A stretch of DNA of 31,078 nucleotides from Opitutales bacterium (GTDB lineage Bacteria > Verrucomicrobiota > Verrucomicrobiia > Opitutales > JABSRG01). The stretch's first letter is position 1. Each line of letters starts with the position of its first letter. Where the stretch lies: NCBI GenBank assembly GCA_049599475.1, contig JBMYOQ010000052.1, positions 1-31,078 of the forward strand, in the 5' to 3' direction. The notes under the pieces were generated by a model. That model saw only the letters and a program-made list of their open reading frames with translations. It was not told the origin of the DNA and did no database searches. This document shows, piece after piece, positions 7,659 to 17,252 of this stretch. The position numbers were made by a program, and so were the translations under genes.

Positions 7659-10600
7659 GTTCACCGAAGCAAAGCTGGAAGAGGCAATCATCAGTCTGCT
7701 CGGAGGACAGGGATTTCACCACAGGTTCGGTGAGAGCATAATACGGGCTGCGGAATCGGAGGTACTGATCAAAGACGACCTGCGCGCATTCCTTTCGAGG
7801 CAGTATGCGGCAGATGGCATTACCCAGCAGGAAATCGAAGCGGTTATCAATCAGCTCGAAGCCTATTCCGCAGCAGATCTCTACGAGAGCAACAAGGCGA
7901 TTATGCAGTTGGTCGCGGACGGCTTTCTCCTGAAGCGCGAAGACCCCACCCAGAAGGATCTCTACATCCAGCTGATCGATTATTCTGCCCTGGTCGCTTT
8001 CCGCGAACCGGAGCCTGGCGAGGTGACCTCCATTGTGGCCGAGGATGCGACCACTTACGGCTCTGGCAACAATCTCTTTAAAATCGTCAACCAACTAGAA
8101 ATCACCGGCACTGAGAAGCGCATCCCTGATGGCACCCTCTACATCAACGGCCTGCCTCTGGTTGTCTTTGAATTCAAGAGCGCTATTCGCGAAGAGGCGA
8201 CGATTTGGAATGCCTACGAGCAGCTCACTGTCCGATACCTGCGGGATATCCCTGAGCTGCTGAAGTATAATGCCTTTTGTGTGATTTCGGACGGAGTGAA
8301 TTCCAAGTGCGGCTCTTTGTTTGCGCCTTATGAGTTCTACTACGCATGGCGCAAGGTGACGGGCAATGAGTCTGTGGAGAAGGATGGCATCGATTCGCTC
8401 TACGCGATGATCCAAGGCTTGTTTGATCCAAAACGCCTGATCGATGTGATCCGTAATTTCATCTACTTTCCCGATGTTTCCCGGCGGGAAGACAAAATTT
8501 TATGTCGCTATCCTCAATACTACGCGGCGACTAAATTGTATCAGAATATCCTGAAACATCAGCGGCCCGAGGGGGATGGCAAGGGCGGCACGTATTTTGG
8601 CGCAACGGGTTGTGGGAAAAGCTATACCATGCTTTTCCTGACACGGCTCCTCATGAAGAGTGTGGCGCTCAAGAGCCCAACCATCGTGGTGATCACCGAT
8701 CGTACAGATTTGGACGATCAACTCTCGGGGCAATTTACGAACGGCAAAACATACATCGGCGATCAAGGGGTGATCAGCGTGGAAAGCCGCGAGCATTTGC
8801 GCGAGCTCTTGAAAGGGCGTAATAGCGGCGGTGTATTCCTGACGACCATACATAAGTTTACGGAAGATACTGAACTGCTGACCGATCGCACCAATGTGAT
8901 CTGCATATCCGATGAGGCGCACCGCAGTCAGGTGAATTTGGACCAGAAGGTGAGTGTCGATGAAAAGACGGGGACTGTGAAAAAGACCTTTGGCTTTGCC
9001 AAGTATCTGCATGACTCCTTGCCGAATGCGACCTATGTCGGCTTCACCGGCACACCCATCGATGCCACTCTCGATGTCTTTGGCGAGGTGGTGGACAGCT
9101 ACACCATAACGGAGTCGGTAGCCGACGAGATCACCGTGCCCATCGTTTACGAAGGCCGCGCTGCTAAGGTGATCCTCGATAACCGCAAGCTGGAGGAAAT
9201 TGAGAAATATTACGCATCATGCGCGGAAGCGGGAGCGAGTGAATACGCGATCGAAGACAGCAAGAAGACGATGGCCAACATGGGTGCCATCCTAGGGGAT
9301 CCACAGCGCATCGAAGCCTTGGCAGCAGATTTCGTAGAACACTATGAAAAGCGTATTGCCGAAGGTTCCACCGTGGCGGGTAAGGCGCTCTTCGTGAGCA
9401 GCAGTCGCCCGATAGCCTACGACTTTTATAAGCAGGTGATTAAATTGCGCCCTGAGTGGGGCGAGGTGAGGGTCGCTGCGGAAGGCGTTGAGCTGACCGA
9501 GAAGCAACAAAAGGAAATACTTCCTCTGGAGCGTATCAAAATGGTCATGACGCGGGGCAAGGATGACGAGAAAGCACTCTACGATTTGCTCGGCAATAAG
9601 GACGACCGCAAGAAGTTCGACACCCAGTTTAAGAAAGCCGAATCCAACTTCAAAATAGCGATTGTGGTGGATATGTGGCTGACCGGCTTTGACGTGCCTG
9701 AGCTAGACACCATCTACATCGACAAGCCGGTCCAGCGTCACAACCTGATCCAGACCATCTCCAGGGTGAACCGGAAGTTTGAGAATAAGAAGAAAGGCCT
9801 CGTGGTCGACTACATCGGCATTAAAAAGCAGATGAACCTCGCCCTGGCGCACTATTCGAAAGCGGACCAGAGTAATATCGAAGAGATCGAGGCTTCCATC
9901 GTCGTGGTGCGGGATCACTTAGATCTGCTAGGACGGTTGTTTCACCGCTTCGATGCTGCGCCTTACTTCAATGGCTCGCCAGGCGAGCAGTTGGAATGTC
10001 TGAACGAGGCTGCGGAGTATGTGCAGCTTACGGATAGGATAGAGAAGCGTTTCATGGCCTTGGTGAAGCGCCTTAAAGCCGCTTACGACATTTGCAGTGG
10101 CAGCGATGTTCTAAGTAAGGACGAGCGTGATCACATCCACTTTTACTTAGCAGTGAGGTCGATCGTTGCCAAGCTGACTAAAGGCGAAGCTCCTGACAGC
10201 GCCCAGATGAATGCCAAAGTGCGCGACATGATATCCGAGGCTTTGCAAAGCGATGGGATCGAAGAGATCTTTCAGCTAGGCGAAGATACGGCGACAGAGA
10301 TTGATATTTTCGGCGACGACTACCTCGCAAAAATCGAGAAGGTCAAACTACCGAACACCAAGATTAAGCTGCTCCAACAGCTGCTGAAAAGAGCCATCGA
10401 CGACTTAAAGAAGGTAAACAAGGTCAAGGGCGTAGACTTTTCGCAAAAATTCCAGTCATTGGTCGCTAAATACAACGAGCGCGATGAGGAGACAACCCTT
10501 GTAAGTGACGTACTCGATGATTTCGCCGGAGAGATCGTCGACCTCTTTAACGATCTGAAAGCCGAAAAAGAATCCTTCGGCGATATGGGCATCGATTTCG

Positions 10601-10881
10601 AGGAGAAGGCATTTTACGACATCCTCAAAACCTTGGCTCAGAAATACGATTTCACGTATCCCGAAGACAAACTAATCAAGCTCGCGAAAGAGGTCAAAAG
10701 GGTCGTCGACGACAAGGCCAAATACACAGACTGGAGCCAGCGCGACGACATCAAAGCCGAACTCAAAGTGGACCTGATTATCCTCCTCGCCGAGAACGGT
10801 TATCCGCCCGTGGATCGCGACGAGGTATACAAAGAGATCTTCGAGCAGGCTGAGAACTTTAAGAAGAATCGGAGAAACTGA
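7651..10881 (+). CDS. hsdR: Type I RM restriction subunit HsdR
   Basis: Nuclease motif RIPD...INGLPLVVFEFK, Walker A GATGCGKS, DEAH box, GFTGTP, MWLTGFD and QTISRVNR; 1076 aa. Confidence 0.97.
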   Translation: MRKFTEAKLEEAIISLLGGQGFHHRFGESIIRAAESEVLIKDDLRAFLSRQYAADGITQQEIEAVINQLEAYSAADLYESNKAIMQLVADGFLLKREDPTQKDLYIQLIDYSALVAFREPEPGEVTSIVAEDATTYGSGNNLFKIVNQLEITGTEKRIPDGTLYINGLPLVVFEFKSAIREEATIWNAYEQLTVRYLRDIPELLKYNAFCVISDGVNSKCGSLFAPYEFYYAWRKVTGNESVEKDGIDSLYAMIQGLFDPKRLIDVIRNFIYFPDVSRREDKILCRYPQYYAATKLYQNILKHQRPEGDGKGGTYFGATGCGKSYTMLFLTRLLMKSVALKSPTIVVITDRTDLDDQLSGQFTNGKTYIGDQGVISVESREHLRELLKGRNSGGVFLTTIHKFTEDTELLTDRTNVICISDEAHRSQVNLDQKVSVDEKTGTVKKTFGFAKYLHDSLPNATYVGFTGTPIDATLDVFGEVVDSYTITESVADEITVPIVYEGRAAKVILDNRKLEEIEKYYASCAEAGASEYAIEDSKKTMANMGAILGDPQRIEALAADFVEHYEKRIAEGSTVAGKALFVSSSRPIAYDFYKQVIKLRPEWGEVRVAAEGVELTEKQQKEILPLERIKMVMTRGKDDEKALYDLLGNKDDRKKFDTQFKKAESNFKIAIVVDMWLTGFDVPELDTIYIDKPVQRHNLIQTISRVNRKFENKKKGLVVDYIGIKKQMNLALAHYSKADQSNIEEIEASIVVVRDHLDLLGRLFHRFDAAPYFNGSPGEQLECLNEAAEYVQLTDRIEKRFMALVKRLKAAYDICSGSDVLSKDERDHIHFYLAVRSIVAKLTKGEAPDSAQMNAKVRDMISEALQSDGIEEIFQLGEDTATEIDIFGDDYLAKIEKVKLPNTKIKLLQQLLKRAIDDLKKVNKVKGVDFSQKFQSLVAKYNERDEETTLVSDVLDDFAGEIVDLFNDLKAEKESFGDMGIDFEEKAFYDILKTLAQKYDFTYPEDKLIKLAKEVKRVVDDKAKYTDWSQRDDIKAELKVDLIILLAENGYPPVDRDEVYKEIFEQAENFKKNRRN

Positions 10882-11052
10882 GAAAGCAGAAAGTAAAATG
10901 AACCCCTTCCGCTCTAATCCGCGTCTTCAGTGGCAAAAATTTCCAGCACTTAAAAGGCTTGGAGAAGAATCTGTTAACATTACTGCCAGCCCTAAACCGG
11001 CTGCCCACCTTTGCTAGGTTGCCTTTTGGTCGGATAGCTGAAACCTGTGGTG

Positions 11053-11355
11053 ATGAAGAAAACTTTTTCGCTCTTACATCCCAAGAAGCAACCGGCTCGG
11101 CAATTGGATGCCGTGAAGGCTGAGATCAATAAATACCTGAAGCGGGAGCGTGGGAAGCCGCTTCCCGAGGGGTCGGATTATTGGGACTTTAAGTGCAAAT
11201 GCGGGTCCGATGGTGGAGAGGTCCGTGAGATCCACGTCGCCGAAATTTCCAAAAGCCTGGATGCAGTCCAAGCTTCTGGAGCAGAAGCCTGCTACGTCGA
11301 AATCCTCACTAAGCCTGCAAAACGAGCCGCGAAAAAAGGGACGCAACGGCGATAG
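11053..11355 (+). CDS. DUF6172-like small protein
   Basis: MKKTF.L.HPK...KYLKRER.KPLPEG.DYWDF.C and YVEIL.KP pattern. The ATG at 11053 is preferred over the GTG at 11047. Confidence 0.75.
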   Translation: MKKTFSLLHPKKQPARQLDAVKAEINKYLKRERGKPLPEGSDYWDFKCKCGSDGGEVREIHVAEISKSLDAVQASGAEACYVEILTKPAKRAAKKGTQRR

Positions 11356-11356
11356 A

Positions 11357-11446
11357 GAACCCCGCCATGAGCAGCGGGGTATTTGAAATTAGAATTTAGA
11401 TTGTAGACGCCGCAAGCAGCGGGGAATTCAACACTCAGAGATTAAA
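11357..11446. repeat. Paired imperfect hairpins, possible IS200/IS605-end or REP-type miniature element
   Basis: ACCCCGCCATGAGCAGCGGGGTAT (11359-11382) and ACGCCGCAAGCAGCGGGGAAT (11407-11427) share AGCAGCGGGG. Confidence 0.5.
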
Positions 11447-11547
11447 GGACGAATATGCATTTACCTGAATTCGATCGCTGTGCGGTGGTGATCTCTGCGT
11501 GAAGCGGTTTTAATTACACCGCCAAAAATGGCGCCTAAAGAATGTGT

Positions 11548-11613
11548 TTTAGACAGGATTTACCGGACGAGTGGCTTGCGATTATCCATTGAGTCCTAGC
11601 GATCCCGTCTAAA
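11548..11613. repeat. Short intergenic inverted repeat
   Basis: TTTAGACAGGAT (11548-11559) and ATCCCGTCTAAA (11602-11613) are complementary at 11 of 12 positions. Confidence 0.5.
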
Positions 11614-11772
11614 TGAAGAAAGGGCTAGCATGTACTCTCTCTGATCCTGTTTATGATTCTTGATCTGTGAAGTCTGCGGAGCCTAAAACGGAAAACGCCG
11701 CACGCATAAGAATTTTTCTGTAAGGATTCTTCTAATAAAGAATGCCATGGATCGTATTTACTTCAGATTGTC

Positions 11773-12417
11773 ATGTCTGAGAACACCTATAATCCCTCCC
11801 ATAGAGAGGCTAAATATTCTGCGGCTTTGGGTGGCTTAATTGCCGCTGGGGTCTTGTTTTTGTGTATTCCTTTGAGCCAGCTTATTCGTGTCCCCTTGGA
11901 GCCTGTGTTGCGTGCGATTCCTGTTGGGGTGAATCAGCCGCCGCCGATGATTGAGTGGGTGGAGGAGCCACCGGCGACAGAGCAAACGACTGAAATCGAG
12001 GTCGAGGCCTTGGAGGACGCTATTATGGAGATCTCTCTTTCGGAAATTGGTAATCCGCTCGCGGTGGGGATTGGGACCGGGGCGTTTGTCGACTTTGACC
12101 AAGAGCTGGAAATTCCGGCAGATGAAATCCTCTCGGTACGCGATTTAGACCGGAAGCCGCGCTATCTTTCAGGAAAGCCCTTAGAATACCCCTTCGAAAT
12201 GCGCCGCGCAAAGATCGAAGGATACGTCCTACTGCTTGTCATGATTGATGAGAAAGGAAGCGTGTCCGTAGAAAATGTTCTCGAGGCCACCAATCAAACC
12301 TTCAAGAAATCGGCCATCGCATTCGCCGAAAGCAGCACATTCGAAAGCCCCCGCAGGAATGGCAATGTGGTGAAGACGCGGTTTAAGCTGCCGGTTAAAT
12401 TTGGCATCCAGGAGTGA
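11773..12417 (+). CDS. TonB family energy transducer
   Basis: One N-terminal TM helix, a Pro/Glu-rich linker and a TonB C-terminal domain (YPFEMRRAKIEGYV.L...IDEKG.V...F.SPRRNG..V...FKLPVKF). Confidence 0.85.
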   Translation: MSENTYNPSHREAKYSAALGGLIAAGVLFLCIPLSQLIRVPLEPVLRAIPVGVNQPPPMIEWVEEPPATEQTTEIEVEALEDAIMEISLSEIGNPLAVGIGTGAFVDFDQELEIPADEILSVRDLDRKPRYLSGKPLEYPFEMRRAKIEGYVLLLVMIDEKGSVSVENVLEATNQTFKKSAIAFAESSTFESPRRNGNVVKTRFKLPVKFGIQE

Positions 12418-12598
12418 AATCTCTTTCGCAGTAAGCAAAATAGAGAAAGTTTGGACTAACCCCTTCGTTTACACTCGGTCAATGTATGACCAGGCACAAA
12501 AATTAGCCAGCCCGCTCATAGTTGCGTATTTTCTGCTCGCCCCAGAAACTAGCAGAGCCAATATCTGCGGGACGTTCAACCCCGAAATAAGTTTTAAA

Positions 12599-14440
12599 AT
12601 GAAACGTCTGATTACCTGCTTCTTTCTGAGCCTACCCCTGATGCTCGCCGCGCAAGCTGCTAATTTCTTCCACGTAGACCTGAGGAATATCGCTACACAG
12701 CCTTCGGATCTACCGTCTTGGATTGATGAGGTCACTGAAAGTGGCGGACAATTCGATAGCGAAAGCGGATGGCACGTAAATGCGAATAAACCGTTCGGTG
12801 TGGGCCGGCTATATTTAAGTCTGAGTGATGATGAAAGGCCTGAAAATCTTGTCCTCAGCTTTACCTCTCCCTCGACTTCCAATATAGCTGTGCAGCTTTA
12901 TGATTCAGAAGAGCGCGTGATCGCAGTAGACCTGCTCGCGCAGCGCCGAGGTCAAATTGAGTCTTACTCCCAGACAGCCTTGTTCATACCCCTGAACGAC
13001 TACCCTTCCGCCCAGCACATTATTTTGCGCCGACTCGACGGTGACGTAAAAGTAAATTCGATACATTTAGCCGAACTCATCCAGCCCGCTGAACACACTC
13101 AGAACGAGTGGCTAACGCTCGCATCAAGGCTCGGAGACCCCCTGGGTAAGGAAGCTGGTCCAGTAAATGAAATCGCCCCAGTTCCCCCCAATAACGGGTT
13201 CTATGAATACCAGCCGTTACTATCTCTCAATAAAAGCGTCGCGCAGGACACGCTAACAGAATCACAACTCAAAGACATTTTCTGGCTCATGGGGCTGCAA
13301 GGCTTCGACTTCAATGCGATCGATTATGTAAGAGCCGCTGGCGAAGGACGCGCCGAAGTCGTGGAACTCTACCTACGCGCAGGTATGCCGATCGATGCCC
13401 AAGGAAAAACCAAATACACCGCGATCGCGGAGGCGGCAACCAGCGGCGAGTTACGCGTATTGGAATTATTAATTCAGAAAGGGGCAAATCCCGATATCAA
13501 GACCGCCGGTGGTAACAATGCACTCAGGATGGCCGCCCTCGGCCCTCATCTGGAAGCGGTACGCATGCTGGTCGATTATGGAGCCGATCTTAACTCAATT
13601 GGGGCTTATGGGAAAACGCCCACACAGTCCTTGAATCACAAACGCGGCTATAATCGCGAAGCCGTCGATAGCCTCACCCTTTACATGCTTGAGAACGGTG
13701 CCAACCCCGACATTCAGGATAAATGGGGCGATAGCCTAGTCCATGACGTCGCTCAATTCGGACGCACATCGACCATGGAAGAATTGTTAAAATACTCCAA
13801 GGCTCCGGATCTAAAGAATAATTACGGCATGACTCCGATGATGCTCGCCGCCTACGACAATTCTTCAGCCATGGTCCAAGTCTTGGAGGACGCAGGCGTC
13901 CCCGCTTGGGAACCGAAATTTGACACCCTCGACGATGAGCTCGTTTACGCAGTCTACAAAGGCCGTTACAATGATATAAAGCGTCTCCTAGAAGCGGGTG
14001 CCAACCCCAACACGCTCGATTTTACGGAGACATCACTCATCTTCAAAGTGGTTGATAAACGCCGCCTGAGTCTATTCAAATTGTTTGTGGAACATGGGAT
14101 CGATCTAAACGTTTATGACAGCTACGGGCGCAATGCCATGGGCCGTGTCAACGGGGGTTACCACAAAAGTCGCGAAGAGCTCATAGAGTATATGTTGGAA
14201 ATCGGGATGACCCCGAACTACGCGACCAAACAGATGCTCAGAAAGAAACTACCGTATTGGACGCCACTCATGCGCGCGGCCGAAGCAGGAAACACCGAAC
14301 GCTGCCTGCGCCTTATCGAAGCTGGCGCAGATCCAAAAACCAAGAATCTCCCAGGACGCACCGCCGCCGTTATCGCAGAACGCGCAGGCCACTTGCACCT
14401 AGCACGCACCCTTAAGAGCGCTGAAGGTTCAGTGAATTGA
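12599..14440 (+). CDS. Secreted ankyrin-repeat protein with an uncharacterised N-terminal domain
   Basis: Signal peptide MKRLITCFFLSLPLMLAAQA from the ATG at 12599. Many ankyrin units, e.g. GMTPMMLAA, LLEAGANPN and WTPLMRAAEAG. Confidence 0.85.
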   Translation: MKRLITCFFLSLPLMLAAQAANFFHVDLRNIATQPSDLPSWIDEVTESGGQFDSESGWHVNANKPFGVGRLYLSLSDDERPENLVLSFTSPSTSNIAVQLYDSEERVIAVDLLAQRRGQIESYSQTALFIPLNDYPSAQHIILRRLDGDVKVNSIHLAELIQPAEHTQNEWLTLASRLGDPLGKEAGPVNEIAPVPPNNGFYEYQPLLSLNKSVAQDTLTESQLKDIFWLMGLQGFDFNAIDYVRAAGEGRAEVVELYLRAGMPIDAQGKTKYTAIAEAATSGELRVLELLIQKGANPDIKTAGGNNALRMAALGPHLEAVRMLVDYGADLNSIGAYGKTPTQSLNHKRGYNREAVDSLTLYMLENGANPDIQDKWGDSLVHDVAQFGRTSTMEELLKYSKAPDLKNNYGMTPMMLAAYDNSSAMVQVLEDAGVPAWEPKFDTLDDELVYAVYKGRYNDIKRLLEAGANPNTLDFTETSLIFKVVDKRRLSLFKLFVEHGIDLNVYDSYGRNAMGRVNGGYHKSREELIEYMLEIGMTPNYATKQMLRKKLPYWTPLMRAAEAGNTERCLRLIEAGADPKTKNLPGRTAAVIAERAGHLHLARTLKSAEGSVN

Positions 14441-14663
14441 ACAGACACGTGTGGTAGCCATTATTTAGATGGTTAACCAATAAGTTGACCGACGGTTGTC
14501 TCATCTTAGCGTAAACTGGTGCTGGTGCGGGCGCTTCCCAGATTGAGTTGAGATTATTCGACCAAACCTCCACACCTTGACATCTGTGGCTATGGCAATG
14601 GGGCTATCCGGCCCTTATAAGGGAGAATCAAGAATTCTATATGCATACCTAGAAGCGTTCGTG

Positions 14664-14669
14664 TATAAT
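14664..14669 (+). promoter_or_regulatory. Possible -10 element for the AraC gene
   Basis: Perfect TATAAT ending 14 nt before the ATG at 14684. There is no convincing -35 element. Confidence 0.3.
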
Positions 14670-14683
14670 CTCCGTGGATCCTT

Positions 14684-15568
14684 ATGACACTTCGCGACGA
14701 ACCTAAGGGGTTTTTTCGATATCTTCCGCGTGCTCAGCATGAGAAGGTTACGGAATTCTATGTGACCGATTTTGGGTGGACGGAGATTGAGCCCGGTCGG
14801 CCCTACCCGCCCTGGCAACACCCGGCTGAGTTTAATTTTACGGACGAGCGGGGGCGCTCGTTGGATGAATATCAACTGAGCTATATTACCCAGGGATCGG
14901 GAACGTTTTGGAGTGCCACGTCCGGGTCCGTGCGCGTAAATGCGGGCACCGCCTTCCTACTCTTTCCGGGAATCCGACACAAATACAGCCCCGACAGCGA
15001 AACGGGGTGGAATGAACAATGGATCGGTTTCAAGGGCGAGGTCGCGGAGCGGTTCATGAAGCATTATTTCGCCGAAAATCACCCGGTGTTTGAGCCAGGG
15101 ATCCAGCCGGAGCTAGTGGAGCTTTTTCAGAAAATCCGGGTGCTTTCGCAGGAGCATAAGGCCGGCTATCGCCGCATTATGGCACTGACCGCCCAAGAAA
15201 TCCTTATCCGGCTACAGGTCATGACCCAGATCAACGATGCCACGGACGAGGAGATCGAAGCCGCGTGCCTGTATATCCAGGAGCACTACCAGAATCCTAT
15301 CGACTTCAAAGCTTATGCTCAATCGATTGGGCAAAGCTATTCCAACTTCCGGCTTCGCTTCAAAAAATACACAGGGCTCGCCCTCAACCAATACCAACTC
15401 GCAACCAAACTGAGTCACGCCAAGCAGCTCCTCGACAATTCTAAACTCAGCGTTAAGGAAATCGCCCAAAGTTGCGGCTTCGACAGCCCCTATTATTTTT
15501 CCCGCTACTTTAAATCCGCTACAGGCTTATCCCCGAGAGAATTTCGGTCCCGGTCAAAGGACGGCTAG
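14684..15568 (+). CDS. AraC family transcriptional regulator
   Basis: Cupin-type N-terminal domain (YITQGSG, LLFPGIRHKY, WIGFKG) and C-terminal double HTH (SVKEIAQSCGFDSPYYFSRYFK..TGLSPREFR). Confidence 0.95.
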   Translation: MTLRDEPKGFFRYLPRAQHEKVTEFYVTDFGWTEIEPGRPYPPWQHPAEFNFTDERGRSLDEYQLSYITQGSGTFWSATSGSVRVNAGTAFLLFPGIRHKYSPDSETGWNEQWIGFKGEVAERFMKHYFAENHPVFEPGIQPELVELFQKIRVLSQEHKAGYRRIMALTAQEILIRLQVMTQINDATDEEIEAACLYIQEHYQNPIDFKAYAQSIGQSYSNFRLRFKKYTGLALNQYQLATKLSHAKQLLDNSKLSVKEIAQSCGFDSPYYFSRYFKSATGLSPREFRSRSKDG

Positions 15569-15617
15569 GCTTGGATCCAATCAATTATGGCGCATAGAGT
15601 ATGCAAGCAGTTCAGCC

Positions 15618-15660
15618 TCATTCGGCTATAGCCGAGTGATGTCGATTGAGGTCAATCGAC
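15618..15660. terminator. Two adjacent hairpins between convergent genes, possible bidirectional terminator
   Basis: TCGGCTATAGCCGA (15622-15635) and GTCGATTGA-GG-TCAATCGAC (15641-15660). No strong U-tract is present. Confidence 0.4.
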
Positions 15661-15723
15661 GCTACCTCTGGAAACAGCTATTCTGCGTTCATTGAGGCTA
15701 TTTTATAAGAATTCGATACGAGA

Positions 15724-17073
15724 TCATTTCTTGCGCGAAACAATGCTTGGATCGACTGGGTGCCAGGCTTCAATTTTCTTTTCTAATCGCTGCACAATCT
15801 CGGGATATTGAGCGGAGACTTCGTTCTTTTCGTGCGGGTCTTCTTTCAAATTGTAGAGCCGTTGTGGCTTTGTATCCCATTCGTGAGTTTTTGAATACAT
15901 GGTGGTATCTTTACCCTCGTAGCGCAGGAGCAATTTCCAGTCGCCCTCGATCGCCCAAAGATATTGGAGGGTGTCATCGGGGTTTCCCACTGTCATATTG
16001 TGTGTGGAGTAGACCGTTCCAAAAACGATATCGCGTTCATTGCGCGCTTTTTCATCTAGAAGATTAATCCCTGTAAGGTTTTCCGGCACTTCCAAACCTG
16101 CGGCTTCTGCTAATGTAGGGAAAATATCGATCGCGTGCGCGAGGTTCGGATCATCGAGCGGCTCTACTGTTCCCGGCCAATTAATAAAGATCGGGGAGCG
16201 AATGCCATTCTCATAGGGCGATGTCTTGGAACGCTGCGCATATTGCTTCCAGCCCTTCTGGTGGGGATCGTCGCTACGCGTGCTCTTAGCAGCCCATCCA
16301 TTATCACAAATATAAAAAATTAAAGTATTCTCGCGGATCCCCTTTTCATCGAGATAGCCAACGAGCTCGCCACAGGTCTCATCGAGCCATTCACACATTG
16401 CGTAATACTTGGCGACGTCTTGAGCACGACCCGGCTTGCGGTATTTGCTAAGCAAGCGCTCGGGGGGATTGTGCGGAGTATGCGGAAGGAAAACACCATA
16501 CCAAACGAAAAAGGGCTTCTCTTCCTCTTGAGCCATATCGATAAAATCGAAAATGGGTTTGAGTCCATCCCGTCCGATTCCGAGTGATTTTTTATCACCG
16601 TGACGCGCAGCGGGATTGCTCTTCATTCCATGCGTGAACCCTCCATCTTTGTAGGAACCTTCCCACCATTTGCCTGATTGGTGCGCGAGGTAGCCGCTAT
16701 CCGTAAGCGCCTGAATAAAACCCGGGTTCTGATAAAAGAGATCGCGCAGCGGCTTATCTTGAGCCTCACGCTTTTTCTTCTCCCTAGAGACATCGTTTCC
16801 TGTTATGTAATTATCTTTCGGATACAAACCAGTCACCATCGACGCTAAGGAAGGGCGACATACCGGCACCGCGACATATCCGCGACGGAAGAGTAAGCTC
16901 TCTTCGGCAAGCTTGTCTAAGTGTGGCGTCTGGATATCTGGGTGACCCATAAAACCATAGTCCGTCCACGCCTGATCATCGCTCAGGAGGAAAACTATAT
17001 TGGGTCGCTCAGCGTAAGAAAACTGCGTGAGTAGCGCTGCTACTGTGAGTAGGAGGATTCGGGGGATTTTCAT
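15724..17073 (-). CDS. Secreted S1-family sulfatase with a variant signature (CRPSL)
   Basis: Signal peptide, RPNIVFLLSDDQ, TPHLDKLA, CRPSLASMVTG, GKWW, PHTPH and DNGW. Confidence 0.9.
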   Translation of the reverse strand: MKIPRILLLTVAALLTQFSYAERPNIVFLLSDDQAWTDYGFMGHPDIQTPHLDKLAEESLLFRRGYVAVPVCRPSLASMVTGLYPKDNYITGNDVSREKKKREAQDKPLRDLFYQNPGFIQALTDSGYLAHQSGKWWEGSYKDGGFTHGMKSNPAARHGDKKSLGIGRDGLKPIFDFIDMAQEEEKPFFVWYGVFLPHTPHNPPERLLSKYRKPGRAQDVAKYYAMCEWLDETCGELVGYLDEKGIRENTLIFYICDNGWAAKSTRSDDPHQKGWKQYAQRSKTSPYENGIRSPIFINWPGTVEPLDDPNLAHAIDIFPTLAEAAGLEVPENLTGINLLDEKARNERDIVFGTVYSTHNMTVGNPDDTLQYLWAIEGDWKLLLRYEGKDTTMYSKTHEWDTKPQRLYNLKEDPHEKNEVSAQYPEIVQRLEKKIEAWHPVDPSIVSRKK

Positions 17074-17115
17074 AAGTGCTCTAGTTCTACTTTGTTAAAT
17101 CGATAACAACTTTCT

Positions 17116-17200
17116 TTAACCACGAACGGACACCAATAAACACGGATACTGCGGCGTCATAAGTGAAAATTCGTGTTTATTGGTATCCATTCGTGGTTAA
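17116..17200. repeat. Long intergenic inverted repeat (32-bp arms, 21-nt spacer)
   Basis: 17116-17147 matches the reverse complement of 17169-17200 at 29 of 32 positions. Confidence 0.9.
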
Positions 17201-17252
17201 TTTCGCAGCATTGGTGGTTCTTGTCGTTCTAAGCAATTTAACGAAGAAGGTT

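Noticed and set aside
4656..8010. DGR template/variable repeat pair next to the RT
   Set aside because: Differences between copies include indels and non-adenine changes, the copies are gene 5' ends, and no avd-like gene is present.
4656..8010. Duplications as a simple assembly artefact
   Set aside because: The copies differ by scattered substitutions and have distinct, structured junctions. This makes an artefact unlikely, but only reads can exclude it.
12401..12598. N-terminal extension of the ankyrin ORF in the ORF track
   Set aside because: It overlaps tonB and precedes a clear signal peptide starting at ATG 12599.
14577..14622. TTGACA and the 12-bp palindrome CCCTTATAAGGG upstream of araC
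   Set aside because: There is no -10 element at proper spacing from the TTGACA, and a single 12-bp palindrome is within chance expectation for this window.
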